The notes below the pieces were generated by a model. The model was not told the origin of the DNA, did no database searches, and was given only the letters and a program-made list of their open reading frames with translations. Shown piece by piece: positions 1-18,000 of a stretch of 64,000 bases of DNA. Position 1 is the first letter of the stretch, and each line of letters begins with the position of its first letter. Source of the DNA: Eledone cirrhosa (Eukaryota); contig OZ024752.1 in NCBI GenBank assembly GCA_964016885.1, forward strand, positions 21,762,001 to 21,826,000, in the 5' to 3' direction. The translations under genes were made by a program, and so were the position numbers.

Positions 1-3000
1 TACAAAAGTAACACTACTACCACACCAACACTAATACAACACTACTACAACACAACCACTACTACAACACCAACACTACTACAACACCAATGCTACTACA
101 ACACCAACACTCCCACAATACCAACATTACTACACCACCAACGCTACTACAACACCAACACTACTACAACGCCAACACTACTACAACACAAACACTACTA
201 CAACACCAACACTACCTACAAGACGATACCACTACTACAACACGAACACTACTACAACACCATCACAACTACAACACCAACACTACTAGAACACCAACAC
301 TACTACAACACCAACACTACTACAACACTAACACCACTACAACACCTACACTATTACAACACCAACACTACTGCAATACCAACATTACTACACCACCAAT
401 ATTACTACAACACCAACACTACTACAATACTAACACCACTACAACAACAACACTACTACAACACCAACACTACTACAACACCAACATGACTACAACACTA
501 ACACTACTAAAACACCAACACTACTACACCTCCAACACTACTACCACACCAACACAACTGCAACACCAACACTACTACAACACCAACACTACTGCAACAA
601 CATACCACTACTACAACAACACTACTACAACACCAACACTACTACAACAACAACACTAGTACAACACCAACACTACTACAACACCAATACTACTACGACA
701 CCAACACTACTACAACACCAATACCACTACAACACCAACACTACTACAACACCAACACTACTACAACAACAACACTAGTACAACACCAACACTACTACAA
801 CACCAATACTACTACAACACCAACACTACTACAACACCAATACCACTACAACAGCAACACTACTGCAACACCAACACTTCAACAACAACACTACTACAAC
901 AACAAAACTTACTACAACACCAACACTACTACAACACCAACACTACTACAACAACAACACTACTACACGCCATCACTATTACAACACCAACACTACTACA
1001 CCACCAAACCTACTACAACACCAACACTACTACAACATGACTACAACACTGACACTAAAACAACACCAACACTACTACAACACAAATACTACTACAGCAC
1101 CAACACTACTACAACACCAACACTACTACAACACCAACACTACTACAACACCAACATTACTGCAACACCAACACTACTACAACAACAACACTACTGCAAC
1201 ATCAACACTACTACAACAACACTACTACAACAACACTACTACAACAACATAACACTACTAGAACACCAACACTACTACACCAACACTACTGCAACACCAA
1301 AACTACAACAACACCATCACTATTACAACACCAACACTACTAGAACACCAACACTACTACAACACCAACACTACTGCAATACAAACATTACTACACCACC
1401 AATATTACTACAACACCAACATTACTACAGCACTAACACCACTCCAACACCAACATTATTACACCACCAACACTACTACAACACCAACACTACTACAACA
1501 CCAACACTACTACAACACCAACACAACTACAACACTAACACTACTAAAACACCAACACTACTACACCCCCAACGCTACTACCACACCAACACTACTACAA
1601 CACCAACACTACTACAACACCAACACAACTACAACACCAACACTACTAAAACACCAACACTACTACACCCCCAACACTACTACCACACCAACACTACTGC
1701 AACACCAACACTACTACAACACCAACACAACTACAACACCAACACTACTGCAACAACTTACCACTACTACAAAACCAACACTACTACAAGACCAACACTA
1801 CTACAACAACAACACTACTACACCACCAACACTACAACAACACCAACACTACTACAACACCAACACTACTACAACACCAACACTACTACAAAACTATAGA
1901 ACTACTACAACACCAACACTAATACAACACCAACACAACTACAACACCAACACTACTACAACACTGACACTACAACAACACCAACACTACGACAACACCA
2001 ACACTACTAGAACACCTACACAACTACAACATCAACATTACAACAACACCAACACTACTACAACACCAAAACTACTACAACACTGACACTACAAAATACC
2101 AACAGTATTACAACACCAACACTACTACACCACCAACACTACTACAACACCAACCCTACTACAACACCAACACTACTACAACCCCGACACTACTACAACA
2201 CCGACACTACTACAACACCAACACTACTACAACAATAACACTATTACAATACCAACACTATTACAACACCAACACTATTACAACACCATACCACTACTAC
2301 AACACCAACACTACTTAACACCAACACTACTACAACAGCAACACTACTACAACACCAACACTACTACAACACCAACACTACTACAACGCCAACACTACTA
2401 CAACACCAGCACTACTACAATACAAACACTAATACAACACCAACACTAGTTTCAACACCAACACTACTACAAAACAAATACTACTACAACACCAACACTA
2501 CTACAACAACAACACTACTACACCACCAACACTACTACACCACCAACCCTACTACAACACCAACACTACTACAACACCAACACAACTACAACACTGACAC
2601 TAATACAACACCATACCATTACTACAATACCAATACTAATACAACACAAACACTGCAACAACACCAACGCTACTATAACACCAACACTAGTTAACACCAA
2701 CACTACTACAATACCAACACTACTACAACACCAACACTACTTCAACACCATACCACTAATACAACACCAACACTACTACAATACCAACACTACGACAACA
2801 CCAAAACTACTTCAACACCATACCACTATACAACACCAACACTACTACAATACCAACACTACTACACCACCAACAGTACTACAACATTGACACTACTACG
2901 ACACCAACACCACAACAACACCAACACTACTACAACACCAACACTATTACAACACCAACACTACTACAACACCATACCACTACTACAACACGCACACTAC

Positions 3001-6000
3001 TACAACACCAACACTACAACAACACAAACACTACTACAACACCAACACTACTACAACACTAACACTACTACAACACCATACCACTACTACAACACCAACA
3101 TTACTACAACACCAAAACTGCTACATCACCATACTACTAATACAACACAAACGCTGTCACAACACCAACACTACTACAGCAGCAATACTAATATAACACC
3201 AACACTACTTAACACCAACACTACTACAGCACCAACACTACTACAGCACCAATACTACTACAACACCAACACTACTTAACACCAACACTAATACAACACC
3301 AACACTACAACAACACCAACACTACTACAACACTAACACTACTACAACACCAACACTACTACAACACCAACACTACTACATCACCAACACTACTACAACA
3401 CCAACACTACTACACCACCAACAGTACTTTAACACCAACACTACAAACCAAACACTACAACAACACCATACCACTATTACAACACCAATACTAATACAAC
3501 ACAAACGCTGCCAAAACACCAACACTACTACAGCACCAATACTACTACAACACCAACACTACTACAACACCAAAACTACTACAACACCATACAACTAATA
3601 CAACACCAAAACTACTACAAAACCAACACTACTACAACACTACACTACAACATCACAAACACTACTACAACACCAACACTACTACAACACCTACACTACT
3701 ACAACACCAACACTACTACAACACATACACTACTACAACACCAACACTACAACACTGACACTACAACAACACCACCAGCTCAACAACACCAACACAACTA
3801 CAACACCAACACTATTACAACACCAACACTACTACAACACAGACACTACTACAACACCAACCCTACTACAACACCAAACCACTACTACAACACCAACACT
3901 ACTACAACACCAACACTATTACAACACCAACACTACTACAACACAGACACTACTACAACCCCGCCACTACTACAACACCGACACTATTACAATACCAACA
4001 CTACTACACCACCAACAGTACTACAACATTGACACTACTACGACACCAACACCACAACAACACCAACACTACTACAACACCAACACTATTACAACACCAA
4101 CACTACTACAACACCAACTCTACTACAACACTATTACAACACCAACACTACTACAACACCAACTCTACTACAACACCAACACTACTACACCACCGACACT
4201 ACTACAATACCTTCACTACTACACCACCAAAACTACAACACCACCAACAATACTACAACACTGACACTACAACAATACCAACACCACAACAACACCAACG
4301 CTACTACAACACCAACACTACTACAACACCAACCTTCCACAACACCAAACCACTACTACACCACCAACACTACTACAACACCAACACTACTACAACACCA
4401 TCACTACTGTAACACCAACACTACTACAACACCAACACTATTACAACACCAACACTACTACAACACCAACACTACTACAGCACCAACACTACTACAACAC
4501 CAACATTACTGCAACACCAACGCTACTACAACACCAACACTAATACAACACCAATATTACTGCAACACCAACACTACTACAACACCAACACTACTACAAC
4601 ACCAACATTACTGCAACACCAACACTACTACAACAACAACACTACTACAACACCAACACTACTACACCAACACTACTGCAACACCATCACTACTATAACA
4701 CCATCACTATTACAACACCAACACTACTACAACACTGACACTACAACAACACCAACACCTCAACAACGCCAACACTACTACATTACCAACACTACTACAC
4801 CACCAACACTACTACAACACCAACGCTACTACAACACCAACACTATTACAACACCAACACTACTACAACACCGACACTACTACAACATCAACACTACTAC
4901 AACAATAACACTATTACAACACCAACACTACGACAACACCAACACTACTAGAACACCTACACAACTACAACACCAACACCACAACAACACCAACACTACT
5001 ACAACACCAACACTATTACAACACCAACCCTACTACAACACCAAACCACTACTACACCACCAACACTACTACAACACCAACACTACTACAACACCAACAC
5101 TATTACAACACCAACACTACTACAACACCGACACTACTACAACACCGATACTACAACAACACCAACACCACTACAACACCAACACAACTACAACACCAAC
5201 ACTACTACAACACTGACACTACAACAACACTACGACAACACCAACACTACTAGAACACCTACACAACTACAACACCAACATTATAACAAGACCAACACTA
5301 CTACAACACAAACACTACTACAACACTGACACTACAACAACACCAACACTACAACAACACCAACACTACTACAACACAAACACTACTACAACACCAACAC
5401 TACTACAACACCTACACTATTCCAACACCAAACCACTACTACAACACCAACACTACTACAACACCAACACTACAACAACACAAACACTACGACAACACCA
5501 TACCACTACTACAACACCAACACTACTGCAACACCAACACTACTACAACACCAACACTACTACAACACCAACATTACTTCTACACCAAAACTACTACAAC
5601 ACCATACCACTAATACAACACCAACACTACTACAATACAAACACTACTACAACACAAACACTTCTACAACACCAACACTACTACAACAGCAACACTACAA
5701 CAACACCAACACTACTACAACACCAACACTACTACACGACCAACACTACTTAACACCACACTACTACAACACTGACACTAATACAAACACTACTACAACA
5801 CAAACACTTCTACAACACCAACACTACTACAACACCAACACTACTACAACACCAACATTACTACAACACCAACACTACTACAACACTGACACTACAACAA
5901 CACCAACACTACTAAAATACCAACAGTATTACAACACCTACACTACTACAACACCAACACTACTACAACACAAACACTACTACAACACCAACACTACTAC

Positions 6001-9000
6001 AACAACAACACTACTACAACACCAACACTACTTAACACCACACTACTACAACACCAAAACTACTACAACACCATACCACTAATACAACACCAACACTACT
6101 ACAACACCAACACTACTACAACACTGACACTACAACAACACCAACACTACTACAACACCAACATTAGCTACAACACCAACACTACTATAACATTGACACT
6201 ACTACAACAGCAACACTACTACAACACTGACACTACAACAACACCAACACTACTAAAATACCAACAGTATAACAACACAAACACTGCAACAACACCAACA
6301 CTACTACAGCACCAATACTATTATAACACCAACACTACTACAATACCAACACTACTACAACACCAACACTACTTAACACCAACACTACTACAACACCAAC
6401 ACTACAACAACACCACCACTACTATAACACTGACACTACTACAACACCAACACTACTACAACACTGACACTACAACAACACCAACCCTACTACAACACCA
6501 ACACTACTACAGCACCAACAGTACTATAACACTGACACCATAACAACACCAACACTACTACAACACCAACACTACTACAACACCTACACTACTACAACAC
6601 CAACACTACAACACAAACACTACAACAACACCATACCACTACTACAACACCAACACTACTGCATCAACCAATACTAATACAACACAAACGCTGCCACAAC
6701 ACCAACACTACTACAGCACCAATACTACTACAACACCAAACTGCTTAACACCAACAGTACTACAACACCAACACTACAACAACACCAACACTACTAAAAT
6801 ACCAACAGTATAACAACACAAACACTGCAACAACACCAACACTACTACAGTACCAATACTATTATAACACCAATACTACTACAATACCAACACTACTACA
6901 ACACCAACACTACTTAACACCAACACTACTACAACACCAACACTACAACAACACCACCACTACTATAACACTGACACTACTACAACACCAACACTACTAC
7001 AACACTAACACTACTACAACAACAACACTACTACAACACCAACACTACTTAACACCAACACTACTACAACACCAACACTACTACAACACCAACATTACTA
7101 CAACACCAAAACTACTACAACACCATACCACTAATACAACACCAACACTACTACAATACAAACACTACTACAACACAAACACTTCTACAACACGAACACT
7201 ACTACAACAGCAACACTACTACAACACCAACACTACTACAACACCAACACTACTTAACACCAACACTACTACAACACCAACACTACAACAACACCAACAC
7301 TACTACAACACTAACACTACTACAACACCAACACTACTACAACACCAACACTACTACATCACCAACAGTAATACAACACTGACACTACAACAACACCAAC
7401 ACATCAACAACACCAACACTACTACAACACCAACACTACTACACCACCAACCCTACTACAACACCAAACCACTACTACACCATCAACACTACTACAACAC
7501 CAACACTACTGTAACACCAACACTACTACAACAGCAACACTATTACAACACCAACACTACTACAACGCAGACACTACCACAACCCCGCCCCTACTACAAC
7601 ACCGGCACTACTACAACACCAACACTACTACAACACCAACACTACTACAACACCAACACTACTACAACACCAACACTACTATAAGACCAACACTACTACA
7701 ACATCAACACTATTACAACACCAACGCTACTACAACACAGACACTACTACAACCCCGCCACTACTACAACACCAACACTACTACAACCCCAACACTACTA
7801 CACCACCAACAGTACTACAACATTGACACTACAACAACACCAACACCTCAACAACACCAACACTACTACAACACCAACACTACTACAACACCAACCCTAC
7901 TACACCACCAAACACTACTACACCACCAACACTACTACAACACCAACACTACTACAACACCAACACTACTATAACACTGACACTACTACAACACCAACAC
8001 TATTACATCACCAGCACTACTACAACACAGACACTACTACAACCCCGACACTACTACAACACCGACACTACTACAACACCAAAACTACTACAACACCAAC
8101 ACTACTACAACAGCAACCTTACTACAACACCAAAACTATTTCAACAACAACACTACTACAACATCATACCACTAATAGAACACCAACACTACTACAACAG
8201 CAACACTACAACAACACCAACACTACTACAACACCAACACAACTACACGGCCAACACTACTACAACACCAACACTACTACAACACCAACACTATTACAAC
8301 ACCAACACTACTACAACAACAACACTACTACAACACCAACACCACTACAACACCAACACTACTACTACACCAACACTACTACAACACCAACACTACAACA
8401 ACACCAACACTACTACAACACCAACACTAAAACACCAACACTACCACAACACCAACACTACTACAACACCAACACAACTACCACACCAACACTACTACAA
8501 CACCAACCCTACTACAACACCAACACTACTACAACACCAACAGTACTATAACACTGACACCATAACAACACCAACACTACTACAAAACCAACACTACTAC
8601 AACACCAACACTACTGCAACACCAACACTACTACAACACCAACACTACTACAACACCAACATTACTACTACACCAAAACTACTACAACACCATACCACTA
8701 ATACAACACCAACACTACTACAACACAAACACTTCTACAACACCAACACTACTACAACAGCAACACTACAACAACACCACCACTACTACAACACCAACAC
8801 TACTACAACACTGACACTACAACATCACCAACACTACTAAAATACCAACAGTATTACAACACCTACACTATTACAACACCAACACTACTACAACACCAAC
8901 ACTACTACAACACTAACACTACTACAACAACAACACTACTACAACACCAACACTACTTAACACCAACACTACTACAACACCAACACTACTACAACACCAA

Positions 9001-12000
9001 CACTACTACACCACCAACAGTACTACAACACTACTACAACACCAACACTACTACACCACTAACAGTACTAAAACATTGACACTACAACAACACCAACACC
9101 TCAACAACACCAACACTACTACAACACCAACACTACTACAACACCAACCCTACTACAACACCAAACACTACTACACCACCAACACTACTACAACACCAAC
9201 ACTAATACAACAGCAACACTACTATAACACTGACACTACTACAATACCAACACTATTACAACACCAACACTACTACAACACAGACACTACTACAACTCCG
9301 ACACTACTACAACACCGACACTGCTACAACACCAACACTACTACAACACCAACACTACTACAAAGCCAACACTACTACAACACAAACATTACTACAACAC
9401 CAAAACTACTACGACACCAACACTACTACAACAGCAACATTACTACAACACCAAAACTACTACAACACCAACACTACTACAACAGCAACATTACTAAACA
9501 CCAAAACTACTACAACACCAACACTACTACAACAACAAAACTACTACAACACTACTACAGCACCAACACTACTACAACACCAACACTTCTACAACACCCA
9601 CACTACTACAATACCAACACTTCTACAACACCAACACTACTACTCCACCAACACTACTACAACACCAACACTACGACAACACCAACACTACTACTACACC
9701 AACACTACTACAACACCAACCCTACTACAACACCAACACTACTACAACACCAACAGTACTATAACACTGACACCATAACAACACCAACACTACTACAACA
9801 ACAACACTACTACAACACCAACACTACTGCAACACCAACACTACTACAACACCAACACTACTACAAGACCAACATTACTACTACACCAAAACTACTACAA
9901 CACCATACCACTAATACAACACCAACACTACTACAACACAAACACTTCTACAACACCAACACTACTACAACAGCAACACTACAACAACACCACCACTACT
10001 ATAACACTGACACTACTACAACACCAACACTACTACAACACTGACACTACAACATCACCAACACTACTAAAATACCAACAGTATTACAACACCTACACTA
10101 TTACAACACCAACACTACTACAACACCAACACTACTACAACACTAACACTACTACAACAACAACACTACTACAACACCTACACTACTTAACACCAACACT
10201 ACTACAACACCAACACTACTACAACACCAACATTACTACAACACCAAAACTACTACAACACCATACCACTAATACAACACCAACACTACTACAATACAAA
10301 CACTACTACAACACAAACACTTCTACAACACGAACACTACTACAACAGCAACACTACTACAACACCAACACTACTACAACACCAACACTACTTAACACCA
10401 ACACTACTACAACACCAACACTACAACAACACCAACACTACTACAACACTAACACTACTACAACACCAACACTACTACAACACCAACACTACTACATCAC
10501 CAACAGTAATACAACACTGACACTACAACAACACCAACACATCAACAACACCAACACTACTACAACACCAACACTACTACACCACCAACCCTACTACAAC
10601 ACCAAACCACTACTACACCATCAACACTACTACAACACCAACACTACTGTAACACCAACACTACTACAACAGCAACACTATTACAACACCAACACTACTA
10701 CAACGCAGACACTACCACAACCCCGCCACTACTACAACACCGGCACTACTACAACACCAACACTACTACAACACCAACACTACTACAACACGAACACTAC
10801 TACAACACCAACACTACTATAAAACCAACACTACTACAACATCAACACTATTACAACACCAACGCTACTACAACACAGACACTACTACAACCCCACCACT
10901 ACTACAACACCAACACTACTACAACCCCAACACTACTACACCACCAACAGTACTACAACATTGACACTACAACAACACCAACACCTCAACAACACCAACA
11001 CTACTACAACACCAACACTACTACAACACCAACCCTACTACACCACCAAACACTACTACACCACCAACACTACTACAACACCAACACTACTACAACACCA
11101 ACACTACTATAACACTGACACTACTACAACACCAACACTATTACATCACCAGCACTACTACAACACAGACACTACTACAACCCCGACACTACTACAACAC
11201 CGACACTACTACAACACCAACACTACTACAACACCAACACTAGTACAACACCAACATTACTACAACACCAAAACTACTACAACACCAACACTACTACAAC
11301 AGCAACCTTACTACAACACCAAAACTACTACAACAACAACACTACTACAACATCATACCACTAATAGAACACCAACACTACTACAACAGCAACACTACAA
11401 CAACACCAACACTACTACAACACCAACACAACTACACGGCCAACACTACTACAACACCAACACTACTACAACACCAACACTATTACAACACCAACACTAC
11501 TACAACAACAACACTACTACAACACCAACACCACTACAACACCAACACTACTACTACACCAACACTACTACAACACCAACACTACAACAACACCAACACT
11601 ACTACAACACCAACACTAAAACACCAACACTACCACAACACCAACACTACTACAACACCAACACAACTACCACACCAACACTACTACAACACCAACCCTA
11701 CTACAACACCAACACTACTACAACACCAACAGTACTATAACACTGACACCATAACAACACCAACACTACTACAACACCAACACTACTACAACACCAACAC
11801 TACTGCAACACCAACACTACTACAACACCAACACTACTACAACACCAACATTACTACTACACCAAAACTACTACAACACCATACCACTAATACAACACCA
11901 ACACTACTACAACACAAACATTTCTACAACACCAACACTACTACAACAGCAACACTACAACAACACCACCACTACTATAACACTGACACTACAACATCAC

Positions 12001-15000
12001 CAACACTACTAAAATACCAACAGTATTACAACACCTACACTATTACAACACCAACACTACTACAACACCAACACTACTACAACACTAACACTACTACAAC
12101 AACAACACTACTACAACACCAACACTACTTAACACCAACACTACTACAACACCAACACTACTACAACACCAACACTACTACACCACCAACAGTACTACAA
12201 CACTACTACAACACCAACACTACTACACCACTAACAGTACTAAAACATTGACACTACAACAACACCAACACCTCAACAACACCAACACTACTACAACACC
12301 AACACTACTACAACACCAACCCTACTACAACACCAAACACTACTACACCACCAACACTACTACAACACCAACACTAATACAACAGCAACACTACTATAAC
12401 ACTGACACTACTACAACACCAACACTATTACAACACCAACACTACTACAACACAGACACTACTACAACTCCGACACTACTACAACACCGACACTGCTACA
12501 ACACCAACACTACTACAACACCAACACTACTACAAAGCCAACACTACTACAACACAAACATTACTACAACACCAAAACTACTACGACACCAACACTACTA
12601 CAACAGCAACATTACTACAACACCAAAACTACTACAACACCAACACTACTACAACAGCAACATTACTAAACACCAAAACTACTACAACACCAACACTACT
12701 ACAACAACAAAACTACTACAACACTACTACAGCACCAACACTTCTACAACACCCACACTACTACAATACCAACACTTCTACAACACCAACACTACTACTC
12801 CACCAACACTACTACAACACCAACACTACGACAACACCAACACTACTACTACACCAACACTACTACAACACCAACCCTACTACAACGCCAACACTACTAC
12901 AACACCAACAGTACTATAACACTGACACCATAACAACACCAACACTACTACAACACCAACACTACTACAACACCAACACTACTGCAACACCAACACTACT
13001 ACAACACCAACACTACTACAAGACCAACATTACTACTACACAAAAACTACTACACCATACCACTAATACAACACCAACACTACTACAACACAAACACTTC
13101 TACAACACCAACACTACTACAACAGCAACACTACAACAACACCACCACTACTATAACACTGACACTACTACAACACCAACACTACTAAAACACTGACACT
13201 ACAACATCACCAACACTACTAAAATACCAACAGTATTACAACACGTACACTATTACAACACCAACACTACTACAACACCAACACTACTACAACACTAACA
13301 CTACTACAACAACAACACTACTACAACACCTACACTACTTAACACCAACACTACTACAACACCAACACTACTACAACACCAACATTACTACAACACCAAA
13401 ACTACTACAACACCATACCACTAATCCAACACCAACACTACTACAATACAAACACTACTACAACACAAACACTTCTACAACACGAACACTACTACAACAG
13501 CAACACTACTACAACACCAACACTACTACAACACCAACACTACTTAACACCAACACTACTACAACACCAACACTACAACAACACCAACACTACTACAACA
13601 CTAACACTACTACAACACCAACACTACTACAACACCAACACTACTACATCACCAACAGCAATACAACACTGACACTACAACAACACCAACACATCAACAA
13701 CACCAACACTACTACAACACCAACACTACTACACCACCAACCCTACTACAACACCAAACCACTACTACACCATCAACACTACTACAACACCAACACTACT
13801 GTAACACCAACACTACTACAACAGCAACACTATTACAACACCAACACTACTACAACGCAGACACTACCACAACCCCGCCACTACTACAACACCGGCACTA
13901 CTACAACACCAACACTACTACAACACCAACACTACTACAACACGAACACTACTACAACACCAACACTACTATAACACCAACACTACTACAACATCAACAC
14001 TATTACAACACCAACGCTACTACAACACAGACACTACTACAACCCCGCCACTACTACAACACCAACACTACTACAACCCCAACACTACTACACCACCAAC
14101 AGTACTACAACATTGACACTACAACAACACCAACACCTCAACAACACCAACACTACTACAACACCAACACTACTACAACACCAACCCTACTACACCACCA
14201 AACACTACTACACCACCAACACTACTACAACACCAACACTACTACAACACCAACACTACTATAACACTGACACTACTACAACACCAACACTATTACATCA
14301 CCAGCACTACTACAACACAGACACTACTACAACCCCAACACTACTACAACACCGACACTACTACAACACCAACACTACTACAACACCAACACTAGTACAA
14401 CACCAACATTACTACAACACCAAAACTACTACAACACCAACACTACTACAACAGCAACCTTACTACAACACCAAAACTACTACAACAACAACACTACTAC
14501 AACATCATACCACTAATAGAACACCAACACTACTACAACAGCAACACTACAACAACACCAACACTACTACAACACCAACACAACTACACGGCCAACACTA
14601 CTACAACAACAACACTACTACAACACCAACACTACTACAACACCAACTCTACTACAACACCAACACTACTACTACACCAACACTACTACAACACCAACAC
14701 TACAACAACACCAACACTACTACAACACCAACACTAAAACACCAACACTACCACAACACCAACACTACTACAACACCAACACAACTACCACACCAACACT
14801 ACTACAACACCAACACTACTACAACACTACTACAACACCAACACTACTACAACACCAACACTTCTACAACACCCACACTACTACAACACCAACACTACTA
14901 AAACACCAACACTACTACTCCACCACACTACTACAACACCAACACTACTACAACACCAACACTACTACTACACAACACTACTACAACACTGACACTACAA

Positions 15001-18000
15001 CATCACCAACACTACTAAAATACCAACAGTATTACAACACCTACACTATTACAACACCAACACTACTACAACACCAACACTACTACAACACTAACACTAC
15101 TACAACAACAACACTACTACAACACCTACACTACTTAACACCAACACTACTACAACACCAACACTACTACAACACCAACATTACTACAACACCAAAACTA
15201 CTACAACACCATACCACTAATACAACACCAACACTACTACAATACAAACACTACTACAACACAAACACTTCTACAACACAAACACTACTACAACAGCAAC
15301 ACTACTACAACACCAACACTACTACAACACCAACACTACTTAACACCAACACTACTACAACACCAACACTACAACAACACCAACACTACTACAACACTAA
15401 CACTACTACAACACCAACACTACTACAACACCAACACTACTACATCACCAACAGTAATACAACACTGACACTACAACAACACCAACACATCAACAACACC
15501 AACACTACTACAACACCAACACTACTACACCACCAACCCTACTACAACACCAAACCACTACTACACCATCAACACTATTACAACACCAACACAACTGTAA
15601 CACCAACACTACTACAACAGCAACACTATTACAACACCAACACTACTACAACGCAGACACTACCACAACCCCGCCACTACTACAACACCGGCACTACTAC
15701 AACACCAACACTACTACAACACCAACACTACTACAACACCAACACTACTACAACACCAACACTACTATAACACCAACACTACTACAACATCAACACTATT
15801 ACAACACCAACGCTACTACAACACAGACACTACTACAACCCCGCCACTACTACAACACCAACACTACTACAACCCCAACACTACTACACCACCAACAGTA
15901 CTACAACATTGACACTACAACAACACCAACACCTCAACAACACCAACACTACTACAACACCAACACTACTACAACACCAACCCTACTACACCACCAAACA
16001 CTACTACACCACCAACAGAACTACAACACCAACACTACTACAACACCAACACTACTATAACACTGACACTACTACAACACCAACACTATTACATCACCAG
16101 CACTACTACAACACAGACACTACTACAACCCCGACACTACTACAACACCGACACTACTACAACACCAACACTACTACAACACCAACACTAGTACAACACC
16201 AACATTACTACAACACCAAAACTACTACAACACCAATACTACTACAACAGCAACCTTACTACAACACCAAAACTACTACAACAACAACACTACTACAACA
16301 TCATACCACTAATAGAACACCAACACCACTACAACACCAACACAACTACACGGCCAACACTACTACAACACCAACACTACTACAACACCAACACTATTAC
16401 AACACCAACACTACTACAACAACAACACTACTACAACACCAACACTACTACAACACCAACTCTACTACAACACCAACACTACTACTACACCAACACTACT
16501 ACAAAACCAACACTACAACAACACCAACACTACTACAACACCAACACTAAAACACCAACACTACCACAACACCAACACTACTACAACACCAACACAACTA
16601 CCACACCAACACTACTACAACACCAACACTACTACAACACTACTACAACACCAACACTACTACAACACCAACACTTCTACAACACCCACACTACTACAAC
16701 ACCAACACTACTAAAACACCAACACTACTACTCCACCACACTACTACAACACCAACACTACTACAACACCAACACTACTACTACACAACACTACTACAAC
16801 ACCAACCCTACTACAACACCAACACTACTACAACACCAAAACTACTACAACACCAACATTACTACAACACCAACACTACTATAACACTGACACTACTACA
16901 ACACCAACACTACTACAACACTGACACTACAACAACACCAACACTACTAAAATACCAACAGTATTACAACACCTACACTACTACAACACGAACACTACTA
17001 CAACACCAACACTACTACAACACCAACACTACTACAACAACAACACTACTACAACACCAACACTACTTAACACCAACACTACTACAACACCAACACTACT
17101 ACAACACCAACATTACTACAACACCAAAACTACTACAATACCATACTACTAATACAACATCAACACTACTACAACACCAACACTACTACAACACTGACAC
17201 TACAACAACACTACTACAACACCAACACTACTACAACACCAACATTACTACAACACCAACACTACTAAAACACTGACACTACTACAACACCAACACTACT
17301 ACAACACTGACACTACAACAACACCAACACTACTACATCACCTACACTACTACAACACCAAAACTACTACAACACCTACACTACTACAACACCATACCAC
17401 TACTACAACACCAACACTACTACAACACCAACACTACAACACAAACACTACAACAACACCATACCACTACTACAACACCAATACTAATACAACACAAATA
17501 TTGCCACAACACCAACACTACTATAGCACCAATACTACAACAACACCAACACTATTACAACAGCAACACTACTACAACACCAACACTACTACAACACCAA
17601 CACTACTTAACACCAACACTACTACAACACCAACAATACAACAACACCAACACTACTACAACACTAACACTACTACAACACCAACACTACTACAACACCA
17701 ACACTACTACACCACCAACACTACTACACCACCAACACTACTACACCACCAACAGTAATACATCACTGACACTACAACAACACCAACACCTCAACAACAC
17801 CAACCCTACTACAACACCAAACCACTACTACACCACCAACACTACTACAACACCAACACTACTACAACACCAACACTACTGTAACATCAACACTACTACA
17901 ACACCAACACTATTACAACACCAACACTATTACAACACCAACACTACTACAACACAGACACTACCACAACCCCGCCACTACTACAACACCGACACTACTA